The notes beneath the pieces are model-generated. The model was not told the DNA's origin and made no database searches. It worked only from the letters and a program-made list of their open reading frames with translations. Positions 1 through 8,382 of a stretch of 64,000 bases of DNA are shown here, piece by piece; the first letter of the stretch is position 1; every line of letters begins with the position of its first letter. The position numbers were made by a program, and so were the translations under genes. Source of the DNA: an uncultured delta proteobacterium (GTDB taxonomy: Bacteria > Desulfobacterota > BSN033 > UBA1163); contig CAVPSJ010000020.1 of NCBI GenBank assembly GCA_963708295.1, positions 83,431-147,430 of the forward strand, read 5' to 3'.

Positions 1-228
1 TGATAGGATCGATTTCAGCTCTTCCATTGAAATGTTTTGAGGAGGGGCAATTTTTGCAACCGGGACAGGGTCAAGAGGGATAACTTTAGTGGGTATGGCT
101 AAGGCCACTTCCGCTTCCAAAGGGGTGAAGTTTACTTTGAGGATCTCCAGAAGCTCTTCTTTCTCCGGATACCCCATGCCCAAAGAAGACAGGTGCCTCG
201 CCAATCGCTTGTAAATTTCATCGGCCAT
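1..228 (-). CDS. N-terminal part of a probable 4Fe-4S-binding protein with N-terminal helical/wHTH region (continues beyond window start)
   Basis: Manual translation MADEIYKRLARHLSSLGMGYPEKEELLEILKVNFTPLEAEVAL..., with GGAGG SD upstream of ATG at 228. This N-terminus is typical of deltaproteobacterial 4Fe-4S proteins; the Fe-S motifs would lie outside the window. Confidence 0.6.
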   Translation of the reverse strand, partial: MADEIYKRLARHLSSLGMGYPEKEELLEILKVNFTPLEAEVALAIPTKVIPLDPVPVAKIAPPQNISMEELKSILS

Positions 229-239
229 ACAGCCTCCGT

Positions 240-442
240 AGAACCTGGGATGATGGAGTATTGGAGTACTGGAGTAATGGAAAAAGCAACCTCCAGATTC
301 GAATAAGAAATAACATTGTTTTAGTCATTACTCCATCCATAGAACCTGGAGTATTGGAGTAATGGAGTGCCTGAGGAACTAAACAGAAAATAACATTGTT
401 TTTATTCATTACCCCATCACTCCACCACTCCATTATTCCATT
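240..442. repeat. Two tandem ~100-bp units built from 8-bp-period GGAGTA(T/C/A)T arrays and complementary CCAxxACT arrays (hairpin-forming intergenic repeat)
   Basis: AGAACCTGG...GGAGTATTGGAGTACTGGAGTAATGG...AAATAACATTGTTTTTAxTCATTACxCCATC occurs twice. Confidence 0.75.
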
Positions 443-454
443 TTTAACTTATCT

Positions 455-3012
455 TCATTCCATCCTCAACGATTCCACCATGTTCATTCTGGCAGCCCGC
501 CGGGACGGGATGAGCCCGGCACCGATCGACGTGACCATAACCACCAGCCAGGACTCGATCAAACTCCAGATGGGAACGGAGAACTGGATGGTCCATCCAA
601 AGGACTGTTTGTTAATGACATAAACGAGAAGGACGGAAAGGAGAAACCCGCAGACGAGGCCGAAAATATGGCTGAAAAAGCCAATCATCCCTGCTTCGAT
701 CAGCGTGGTTTTCTCGATCTGTCTGCGGAAGGCACCCACTGCCCGGATGATCCCGATATCCCGCTGCCTTTCGATGATCAGCGCATTCAAGGAGTTAATA
801 ATTCCAAGAATGGCCACGATCATAGCGATAAATTCCAGCGCATAGGTAATCGCAAAGGTCTGGTCAAAGATCTTCAGAACCTCTTTCCGCAACTCCCGGT
901 GGGAAACCACAAAGAGACGATAAGGTTTGGAGTATCTTTCCCGGATCATCTCCTTGAAGGCCTCCTGGGAGACCCCTTCTTGGAGATAGATTCCGGCGCT
1001 GTGAAGCGTCTCATCGTTCCACAGCGATTGAAAGATTTTTTTCTCCAGCAGGATCATTCCCCAATCTGAAGAATAATCGTAGAAGACTCCGGAGATCAGA
1101 AACTCTTTTTCCCCTTGGGGGGTGTTGACCTTTATCCGGTCTCCGGCCTTCACGTGATGCCTGAGTGAGAAACTCTCGGTGACGAGAATGGCCCGGCCGG
1201 CGGCAAACTGCCGGAGAATGGCCCGAGGATTCCCTTGTGTGAAGCGGATCACCTTCAAGTTGAGAAATACCTCTCCATCGACAGATGCGATCAGGGCGGG
1301 CTGGCCTTGATATTCGACTTCCAATGCCCTGAAGGGATCAACAGCCTTCACTCCGGGAAGAGAAGGCAAGGCCCTGGAGACCTCCAGGGGGAGGAGGGCG
1401 GAGTACCCTGTGATGGAGTAGGAGCCCGGGAAGATGAACACGTCCCCGTTGATCGATTGTTCCACCCAGAGATCCACCGTCTTCCGGAAGCTCAGGATCA
1501 TGATCGAGATGCTGATCAGCATCGAGAGGGCGGTCATCAATGCGGCAATCGTGATCACGGTCCTGGCCATCGAATCATGGATATATCGACTCGCCAGTTT
1601 TCCTTCGGGACCAAAGAGGAAACGGAGAGCCGGAGCCATCAGACGGTTCAGGAGATGGGTGGCAGAAGGGATCAGGAAGGAGACCCCTACGACAATGAGA
1701 AGTGCAGCCATGAAGCCCAAGATGGGCCGGTGAGCGATGGGTTTCTGGAGGGCAAAAATGAGCGAAAGGATGAGAAGACCCATCCCGATGAGATTGAAAC
1801 GCCCGGTACGAGTTTTTACTTTCTTTTCGAGGGTTCCCAGCGCCAGGGCCTCCGTGGGGGCGATCCCTGAGGCTTCCCTGGCGGGGCCGATCGAGGAGAG
1901 AACCGAAGCAAGCACTCCCATTCCAAAGCCTGCCATTAACACGGACGGAGAGATCAAGAGATGTTCTGCCTTGACCAGAATATAGAGAGCCGTAATCGTT
2001 CTTGAGACGAGATAAAGCATGGCCTTTGCCAACCCTATCCCGATTCCTATCCCGAACAGACTTCCCAAACATCCGATCCATGCCGCTTCACTGATGAAAA
2101 GACCGAGGACCTGGGGTCGGGTCAGACCGATGCTTCGAAGAATTCCAACCTCCCGCCTCCTCTGAATGATCGAGATGGAGATGGCGTTATAGATCAAGAA
2201 CATTCCCACAATGAGAGAGATAAAGCTGAGGGCAGTCAGGTTGAGGTGAAAAGCCGAAACCATTTTTTCGATTTGACCGCTCCGGGTATCGGACCGGCGA
2301 ATCTCGACTCCGGGAGGGATTACTTTTTTCAGGTCTCTCTCGATCGTGTCCGCCGCCATGGATTTGTCTACCATCAGGTCAATCCGGTCGATGAGGCCGA
2401 CCTTCTCCAGGGCTTCCTGAGCGGAGGCGATGTCGATGAGGCCGAAATTTCCTTCCAGCGATTTGGCAGGCCCCTCCATCTTTAGAAGATGGGTGATGGT
2501 AAAGGGTACCTTTTTTGATCCTACGATGAGATGGATTGGCCCTCCTTTTTCAACCCGTGCCGGCTGGCCAGTTTTTCGGTGATGGCAATGGAATTTGGCG
2601 TTTTCAAAAAGAGGAGGTCCGACGCATCCGTTTCGTAGAATTGATATTCCCTGAAGGGCCGATCACTAAAGACGTCAACGCCGAGGAGATAGAGGGGTTC
2701 TCCGATGGGCTCATCGATTTTGGAGACATATTGAATGACGGGTGTGGCGGCCTTGACTCCGCGAACGCTTTTTACCTTGAGGTAGACGTCTTCAGAAAAG
2801 CCCCTCCCAAAGGAGGTAACCTGGAAATTGGCTTTCCCCGAGACATGATCGACGGAGGCGTTGAAGGATTCGATGGCCGTGTAAATGGCCGTCTGGACAC
2901 TGACGAAAACAGCCACTCCCAGGGCGATTCCTATTATGGACAGGAGGGTTCTGCCTTTATGGTGACGGAGATGGCGGAGAGTGATATTCTTGAGGAGGTG
3001 AAAGAGGACCAT
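455..3012 (-). CDS. ABC transporter permease, FtsX/MacB-like, two permease repeats (frameshift near 2480-2550)
   Basis: ORFs 2521..3012 (RTLLSIIGIALGVAVFV) and 455..2479 (QRRREVGILRSIG, ERQRDIGIIRAVG) are two parts of one permease. Confidence 0.85.
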
Positions 3013-3018
3013 ATAGAA

Positions 3019-3190
3019 AAATCCGAAATACGAATATCTAAATCCGAAACAAATCCAAATTCTCAAATTTCCAATGTTCTAAACTTTTTTCAGCGATCTG
3101 TTTTAAGTTTTGAATCTTGGTCATTCGGTATTGTTTCTAATTGATCGCTAATGCGATGCTTCGCCCGGATTTCGTGCTTCGATATTCATA
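3019..3190. repeat. 7-bp-period imperfect palindromic intergenic element (AAATCCG/AAATxCG array), copy 1
   Basis: AAATCCGAAATACGAATATCTAAATCCGAAACAAA...ATTGTTTC...GGATTTCGTGCTTCG; a related copy lies at 29095-29212. Confidence 0.75.
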
Positions 3191-3199
3191 AAGTTGTGG

Positions 3200-3886
3200 T
3201 TACTCCGTCAGAAGTTTGCCGTCGCGCATTTGGATCACCCGATCGGCCGCGGACGCTCCTTCCAGGCTGTGAGTGACGAGGACAATCGTCTTTCCACGCT
3301 CGTCCCGCAATCGCGCCAGAATCTCCAAAACCTGCTTTCCCGAGGCCGAATCGAGATTCCCCGTGGGCTCATCCGCGAGGATCATTTCGGGATCGTTGAT
3401 TAAGGCCCGGCAGATGGCCACCCGTTGCATCTCTCCGCCGGAGAGTTCGTGGGGATGATGATAGCGTCTGTCCGAAAGGCCGATTTCTTCAAGGAGGCGT
3501 TCCATTTGAGCCGGCGGAGGGTTGGAGCCTTCCCGCAGCAGATAGGGGAGGGCGATGTTCTCTTCGAGGTTCAGAATGGGCAGGAGGTTGAAGAATTGGA
3601 AGATGATCCCTACGCGGTCCCGCCGAAACAGAGTCAGCTTCCGGTCGTCCATCCGGGAGATGTCCTCCCCTTGGATCATCACGGAGCCTTGGTCCGGGGA
3701 ATCGAGCCCTCCAAGGATATTAATCAGGGTGGACTTCCCGCACCCGCTTTTGCCTGTAATGGCTATAAATCCTCCTTTGGGGAGGTTTAAGTTGACATGG
3801 TCCAGGGCAATCACCGGGTTTTCCCCCGGGTGATAAATCTTTGTGACCTCCCTCAATTCGATGAAATGATCTTCTGCCATGATCAA
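3200..3886 (-). CDS. ABC transporter ATP-binding protein, LolD/MacB-like
   Basis: Walker A GKSGCGKST, LSGGEMQR, ILADEPTGNLD, VTH. Confidence 0.95.
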   Translation of the reverse strand: MIMAEDHFIELREVTKIYHPGENPVIALDHVNLNLPKGGFIAITGKSGCGKSTLINILGGLDSPDQGSVMIQGEDISRMDDRKLTLFRRDRVGIIFQFFNLLPILNLEENIALPYLLREGSNPPPAQMERLLEEIGLSDRRYHHPHELSGGEMQRVAICRALINDPEMILADEPTGNLDSASGKQVLEILARLRDERGKTIVLVTHSLEGASAADRVIQMRDGKLLTE

Positions 3887-3920
3887 GAAGAACAGAGATT
3901 AAATTCTCTCCGACCCTTTC

Positions 3921-3950
3921 TATATATCGGGGGGAATAATAAATTGTCAA
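3921..3950 (-). promoter_or_regulatory. sigma70-like promoter for the ABC operon
   Basis: TTGACA-N18-TATATA on the minus strand upstream of the ATPase. Confidence 0.5.
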
Positions 3951-4038
3951 CTCATCAGCGGGATTTCGCCCGCCGTCGATCGATAAAGATGGGACCCATA
4001 ACTAATTCGCATTGACGACCGATCGAGGGAGGGGTGAG

Positions 4039-4950
4039 TCAATCTTCAAAGCAGGCTTTCGGCACGCTGGAGAGGTCTAATCCATCGTAGAATCTTTCAA
4101 TTTCGATTGAAAGTTCCTTGATCTTTCTTAATAAGGGTTCGGGAATGAGAAGAGTTGCTTGAGCCACCTCCTCTTCATAGAGGTTGTGTCTGAGATATTC
4201 GGGTTCGCTCTTGCCGAACCATATCTCTGCCTCCCACGATTTTTGATTGAAAAATTCGGTCTTGAAATGCTTCTCACTCAGCCCGAACGGGCTCCCGGGG
4301 GAGATAAAGGTCAGTACTCCGTGATTGGACGCGGGCCTGGCAGCGAGATTGGCATACATGCACATAAATTCTCCTCCGAAGGCAACCGAGCGAACTGACA
4401 GACTCCGTCCGTTGATTTTGCTTTCGACATATTCTTGAAGAAGGTAAGGGTTCGATGCAAGATTCAATTTCCAAACAGAGGAAGGCTCGTTGACGATCTG
4501 CAAATCCCTTCCTCCTCTTCCTACCCGCCGCTTCAAAATCACCTTCTGCTTTCTTCCGATGAAACGGCCAACCCCGGCCGTATCTTCCGGGTTAAAGATC
4601 ATCGTCTCCGGCATGGGGGCAATGGCCTTAAGCAACTGGTATTGATTCCACTTGTCCTCCAACCTCAATCCAGGATGAAAGGTGTTCGGGAAGGGTCCCA
4701 TACCGTCCATCCAGATCTTGAAAGGTTTTAGGCTGCTGATAAAGGGAAGGGAATGAAGGTAGTCTTTGAAGGTCTTTCCATAAACTTTTTGAGAAGTCGA
4801 TTCGATTCGCTGGAAGATATCCGAGGGTTTCCCAAAATGGACCGCATGGGTAAGATGATATTCATGAGCCCCGCCGGGAAGGCCGACATTCACCTCCGCC
4901 AGGTAGAGCATCAACTCAGGAGTGATCAGAAAGTCAATTCCGAGATACAT
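4039..4950 (-). CDS. ATP-grasp-fold protein (RimK-like), apparently circularly permuted
   Basis: EDKWNQYQLL..PMPET, VILKRRVGRGGRD and LLQEYVE motifs; GIDFL..YLAEVN..PG lies at the extreme N-terminus. Confidence 0.7.
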   Translation of the reverse strand: MYLGIDFLITPELMLYLAEVNVGLPGGAHEYHLTHAVHFGKPSDIFQRIESTSQKVYGKTFKDYLHSLPFISSLKPFKIWMDGMGPFPNTFHPGLRLEDKWNQYQLLKAIAPMPETMIFNPEDTAGVGRFIGRKQKVILKRRVGRGGRDLQIVNEPSSVWKLNLASNPYLLQEYVESKINGRSLSVRSVAFGGEFMCMYANLAARPASNHGVLTFISPGSPFGLSEKHFKTEFFNQKSWEAEIWFGKSEPEYLRHNLYEEEVAQATLLIPEPLLRKIKELSIEIERFYDGLDLSSVPKACFED

Positions 4951-4957
4951 GCCACAC

Positions 4958-4995
4958 AAAAAAAACAGGTCATCGATTCACCCGACCTGTTCTCT
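4958..4995 (-). terminator. Intrinsic terminator
   Basis: AACAGGTC/GACCTGTT stem followed by a T8 run on the minus strand. Confidence 0.7.
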
Positions 4996-5005
4996 TGAGT
5001 TAAGG

Positions 5006-5098
5006 TCATTGCGAGGAGTAAAACGACGAAGCAATCTCATCGCTTAGCGGGTGAGATTGCCGCGCTCTCCCGCTCAGGCGGGATCGCTCGCAATGACA
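5006..5098. repeat. GTCATTGCGAG...CTCGCAATGAC palindromic element with a nested TCCCGC...GCGGGA mini-hairpin
   Basis: Terminal inverted repeat GTCATTGCGAG/CTCGCAATGAC; internal GCAATCTC/GAGATTGC. Confidence 0.8.
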
Positions 5099-5137
5099 AC
5101 CTGGACCCATTGGATGCATTTTTCCCATAGGGCAAGA

Positions 5138-5167
5138 GGGGCCCCCTCCCTTCCTGGGAAGGGGCCC
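5138..5167 (-). terminator. GC-rich hairpin just downstream of the peptide gene (terminator or mRNA stabiliser)
   Basis: GGGCCCCCTCCC-ttcct-GGGAAGGGGCCC, a 12-bp stem with one mismatch. Confidence 0.55.
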
Positions 5168-5177
5168 GATGAATGAC

Positions 5178-5240
5178 TTAACAAGATGCTTTGCATTTGC
5201 AAAGGCCGGAGAACTTCTTGGCCACCTTCTTGATGGTCAT
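5178..5240 (-). CDS. 20-aa Lys/Cys-rich peptide MTIKKVAKKFSGLCKCKASC, putative RiPP precursor (below the ORF-track cutoff)
   Basis: Strong SD AAGGGAGGTGA embedded in the last codons of the rSAM gene; ATG 1 nt after the rSAM stop; TAA at 5178; hairpin downstream. Confidence 0.75.
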   Translation of the reverse strand: MTIKKVAKKFSGLCKCKASC

Positions 5241-5241
5241 A

Positions 5242-6408
5242 TCATTCACCTCCCTTCAGAACCCCTCTCGCAAAACATTGAAAGAGATCGGGTTGCAAAA
5301 GATTGCTTTCAACTTTGGCCCTATAGCGGCACCCCCCTCTGCACTCTTCAATCACGTCGCATTTGCAGACAAGGTCTTTTAATGAGATGCGAAGGATGCG
5401 GACCCAACAAGTTCGAAGTCCTTCTTCGATAGATCCCGTCGGTTCTTGACTAAAGAGACCACACTTACAGACGGCTCCGTTCGCCATTATAGCACAAAGG
5501 TGAGCGCCGCAAGTAGAATTTCTTGTTGAACCGTGAAATCCGCCTCCAAACCCGTAAGCAAGAAAATGGCCGGCTTCAGAAGGAGACACGTGAAGGTCCT
5601 GGTTTTCTTTCAGTCTTCCCTCAACACAGGGAACATCCACATTCCATTCCTCAATTCGTTTTGATTGAAGAAGGGAGGCCAGCCGGTCGAACTCCGACAG
5701 ATTTCGCCGGTGAATCATCGTCGCCACGGAAACCCGTATGTTGGCTTCTTGCAGATGGTTAACGGCGGTGATGGCTTTTTCGAAGGTTCCTCTTCCTCGC
5801 AGCGAATCGTGACCTTCTTTCATACCATCGAGACTGATCTGGACCTCATGAACACGGAGCTTTTTGGCGACTTCTCTGGAGATCAATGTGCCGTTGGAGA
5901 GGAGAACCGATCGAAATGGATAGTCTCGAAGAATCTCGTTTAATTGCCAAAAATGAGGGTGAAGCAAAGGCTCCCCTCCGGACAGAAGGAGTCTCAGCCC
6001 TTGGATCTCTTCAAATTGGTCCAATACTTTTTCGATCTGTTTCCTTGAGAGATCCTGATGAGAACCTTCCCCGATGTAACAGTGGCGGCACCGGAGGTTA
6101 CACCGGTTGGTGATCTGGAGCTCAAGATACCGTAAGGAAGGAGCCGGGGAAGGATTCGAAACGATCTTTCTTTGGGAAGGGGCTTCCGAGAAGGCGATTA
6201 AGTTTTCGTCGAGGCAAAATCGGATGAATTCTTCATCTTCCTGCCGTACAGGAGGACTTTCACCCCGGCAGATGCGGAGAAGAAATTGATACCCATCCTC
6301 GTTCAGTTCATAAAGTTCGTCTTTTTCGATATCGTAGAGGTAGCGTTCTTCGAGATTTTTAAGAACAGCGTGAGGGGAAAGGGTGATGACCCTATTCTCG
6401 AAGGGCAT
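5242..6408 (-). CDS. Radical SAM/SPASM protein with N-terminal PqqD/RRE-like domain (putative peptide maturase)
   Basis: CNLRCRHC, SGGEPLLH, QISLDG; SPASM cysteines (CGA..CKC..CKC..CRGGC..C); N-terminal YLYDIEKDELYELNEDGYQFL, a beta-beta-beta-helix RRE pattern. Confidence 0.9.
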   Translation of the reverse strand: MPFENRVITLSPHAVLKNLEERYLYDIEKDELYELNEDGYQFLLRICRGESPPVRQEDEEFIRFCLDENLIAFSEAPSQRKIVSNPSPAPSLRYLELQITNRCNLRCRHCYIGEGSHQDLSRKQIEKVLDQFEEIQGLRLLLSGGEPLLHPHFWQLNEILRDYPFRSVLLSNGTLISREVAKKLRVHEVQISLDGMKEGHDSLRGRGTFEKAITAVNHLQEANIRVSVATMIHRRNLSEFDRLASLLQSKRIEEWNVDVPCVEGRLKENQDLHVSPSEAGHFLAYGFGGGFHGSTRNSTCGAHLCAIMANGAVCKCGLFSQEPTGSIEEGLRTCWVRILRISLKDLVCKCDVIEECRGGCRYRAKVESNLLQPDLFQCFARGVLKGGE

Positions 6409-6574
6409 CGGAGATCTCCTCGGAGGTGAGGATCTTCTTTTCTAAAAGCCGCTTGAGAATTTTGTAGGCGCCGCATTCCAGGTCCTTGTCGGACTCTTTA
6501 TAAAAATCGCAATGCTTACAGATCAATTCGGTCAAAGACTCTTTATCTAATTTCACGAGATTTCCTTTCGCCAA
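6392..6574 (-). CDS. Small CxxC-x11-C hypothetical protein overlapping the rSAM start
   Basis: ICKHCDFYKESDKDLEC; 17-nt overlap with the rSAM gene. Confidence 0.7.
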   Translation of the reverse strand: MAKGNLVKLDKESLTELICKHCDFYKESDKDLECGAYKILKRLLEKKILTSEEISDALRE

Positions 6575-6657
6575 AATAGTAATCTAAAATGTGCGAGGAT
6601 TCAACTTGTTTCAGTTTTCCTTCCCTTTGCTCCGAGGTTTGACCTTCAAAAAAAGAC

Positions 6658-6708
6658 TTGACAAGGTGTATCTGATTTATTATATTGATCAGTAAAATCT
6701 GATTTATT
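6658..6708 (+). promoter_or_regulatory. sigma70 promoter with repeated operator for the AbrB-like/arsM operon
   Basis: TTGACA(6658)-N17-TATATT(6681); ATCTGATTTATT at 6670 and 6697; palindrome ATCAG-N6-CTGAT at 6688-6703. Confidence 0.7.
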
Positions 6709-6752
6709 TGAACATTTAAAATTAATGGAAAATCATTCAGGAGGCGAGAAAA

Positions 6753-7031
6753 ATGGTCAAAAAACCTGAAAAAGGAGCCTGCGCCGAACCTGCCTGCGGG
6801 AAAGTGAGTTGTTGCAGGGTGGATGCACTGATCGGCGTCGACGAACGTGGGCAGATGGTCCTTCCCAAAGAAGTCAGGGATAAAGCCGGTATCCGCACAG
6901 GAGACAAGTTGGCGCTTGTGAGCTGGGAGAAGGACGGAAAAGTGTGCTGCTTGACTCTGATTAAGGCCGATGAATTCGAAGGGATGGTGAAGGGGCTCCT
7001 GGGTCCGATGATGAAGGAAGTGATGGGATAG
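6753..7031 (+). CDS. Cys-rich AbrB/MazE/SpoVT-fold protein, HgcAB-associated HgcC-like
   Basis: VDERGQMVLPKEVRDKAGI..GDKL AbrB motif; two CC pairs plus two further Cys; GGAGG SD. Confidence 0.8.
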   Translation: MVKKPEKGACAEPACGKVSCCRVDALIGVDERGQMVLPKEVRDKAGIRTGDKLALVSWEKDGKVCCLTLIKADEFEGMVKGLLGPMMKEVMG

Positions 7032-7061
7032 TGCTGCTAAATAATGCGGAGGTGGCCGAAC

Positions 7062-7898
7062 ATGGAAAAGGAAGAAATAAGAAAAGTCGTAAGAGAGGGC
7101 TACGGCAAAATCGCGAAACAAGACAGCTCGTGCTGTGCTCCTGAAAAATCCTGTTGCGGGAGCGCAACGTCAGCGCAGGATATTGGCAGAAAGATAGGAT
7201 ACAGCGAAGCAGAATTGAAAACCGTTCCCGAGGGAGCAAATTTGGGCCTTGGATGCGGCAACCCTATCGCTCTCGCATTATTAAAAGAAGGGGAAGTGGT
7301 TCTCGATCTGGGGTCAGGCGCGGGTTTTGACTGTTTTCTCGCTGCCAACCAGGTGGGTAAGACGGGGAGAGTCATCGGGGTGGACATGACGGCGGAGATG
7401 CTCGACCGGGCAAGAGAGAATGCCCGGAAAGGCAATTATGCCAATGTGGAATTCAGACTGGGAGAGATCGAGAACTTACCCGTGGCAGACCATCAGGTGG
7501 ACGTCATTATCTCCAATTGCGTGATCAATCTTTCCCCGAACAAGAAAAGAGTTTTCCGGGAAGCCTTCCGTGTGCTCAGGCCGGGTGGAAAGTTAATGGT
7601 CTCTGACATTGTGCTTCTCAAAGAGCTACCCGCCGAGGTCAAAGATTCCGTGGCCGCCTGCATCGGCTGCGTGGCGGGAGCCGTGACCAAGAAGGAGTAC
7701 CTGGAGGCGGTTCAGGCTGCAGGATTTGAGGAGACCAAGATTGTGGGCGAAGCGGCTTTTTCCACGGAGCTCCTGGTCAGTGATCCGGTAGCCAGAGAGA
7801 TTGCTAAGAATCTGAACCTGTCCCCGGAAAGAGCCGAGGATCTGGCGAGCTCAGTCGTGAGTATCAAGGTCTCGGCAACCAAGCCGGCCGTGAGTTAG
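7062..7898 (+). CDS. arsM: Arsenite S-adenosylmethionine methyltransferase
   Basis: N-terminal SCC/SCC, LGLGCGNP, VLDLGSGAGFD, IISNCVINL, GCVAGA. Confidence 0.93.
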   Translation: MEKEEIRKVVREGYGKIAKQDSSCCAPEKSCCGSATSAQDIGRKIGYSEAELKTVPEGANLGLGCGNPIALALLKEGEVVLDLGSGAGFDCFLAANQVGKTGRVIGVDMTAEMLDRARENARKGNYANVEFRLGEIENLPVADHQVDVIISNCVINLSPNKKRVFREAFRVLRPGGKLMVSDIVLLKELPAEVKDSVAACIGCVAGAVTKKEYLEAVQAAGFEETKIVGEAAFSTELLVSDPVAREIAKNLNLSPERAEDLASSVVSIKVSATKPAVS

Positions 7899-7951
7899 GT
7901 CCGTAGCTTTCTTTTGCCTAACGCGCCCCGCCCTGCCTCTCCCCCCCCGAA

Positions 7952-8193
7952 GAGACTGTGTCGTAATCATGAAGGAGGGTGGGCTCACGCGGGACAGGCG
8001 GTCAGGTTCCTCAGCTTTAGAATGCGGGTCGTTTACGGTTACAGGTCATCGGCCTTCTATGTGACGAAATCTTTTCAAGGATTTGGAAGCGTGAAGCTGA
8101 TCCATAAGAGGTTTCCGCTCTAAAGCTTCGTCACCCGATCGCCTATCCCGCGTGGCGGAAGAAATAGCCTCTTGTTCATTACGACACAGTCTC
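7952..8193. mobile_element. MITE with perfect 16-bp terminal inverted repeats and 3-bp target duplication (GAA)
   Basis: GAGACTGTGTCGTAAT ... ATTACGACACAGTCTC, flanked by GAA on both sides. Confidence 0.8.
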
Positions 8194-8322
8194 GAAAGGG
8201 GGAAATCGCTGTCCTCCTTTTCTTGAAAGGGACGGGGTCGCTATCCTCGTCTTCCCGAAGAGGATGACGATAGGGGACGGACTCTTTTGCACTTATGGAC
8301 CGACTCATGATTTAGAAAAAGG

Positions 8323-8352
8323 TTGACGGTGCGCAGGGGTTAAATTTATAAT
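8323..8352 (+). promoter_or_regulatory. sigma70-like promoter of nifUS
   Basis: TTGACG-N18-TATAAT. Confidence 0.55.
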
Positions 8353-8382
8353 TACTTATTACAAAGAATTTGGGGGGCTTCT

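Noticed and set aside
240-442. CRISPR array
   Set aside because: Only two degenerate units, no constant repeat/unique spacer pattern, and no cas genes.
668-2485. Numerous long antisense/overlapping ORFs in the track (here and throughout the window)
   Set aside because: These are shadow ORFs of GC-rich coding strands, with no SD or family motifs.
455-3886. ABC transporter as the dedicated RiPP exporter
   Set aside because: It is co-oriented but has its own promoter, lies beyond a terminator and belongs to a widespread family; there is no direct evidence of linkage.
5178-5240. Methanobactin precursor (MTIK..KK start, Cys-rich end)
   Set aside because: The resemblance is superficial; there are no MbnB/MbnC genes and the adjacent enzyme is a rSAM/SPASM.
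5242-6408. ArsS, PqqE or Ahb/NirJ assignment
   Set aside because: No pqq or heme-biosynthesis context, and the RRE+SPASM architecture differs from ArsS; an HMM search is still needed.
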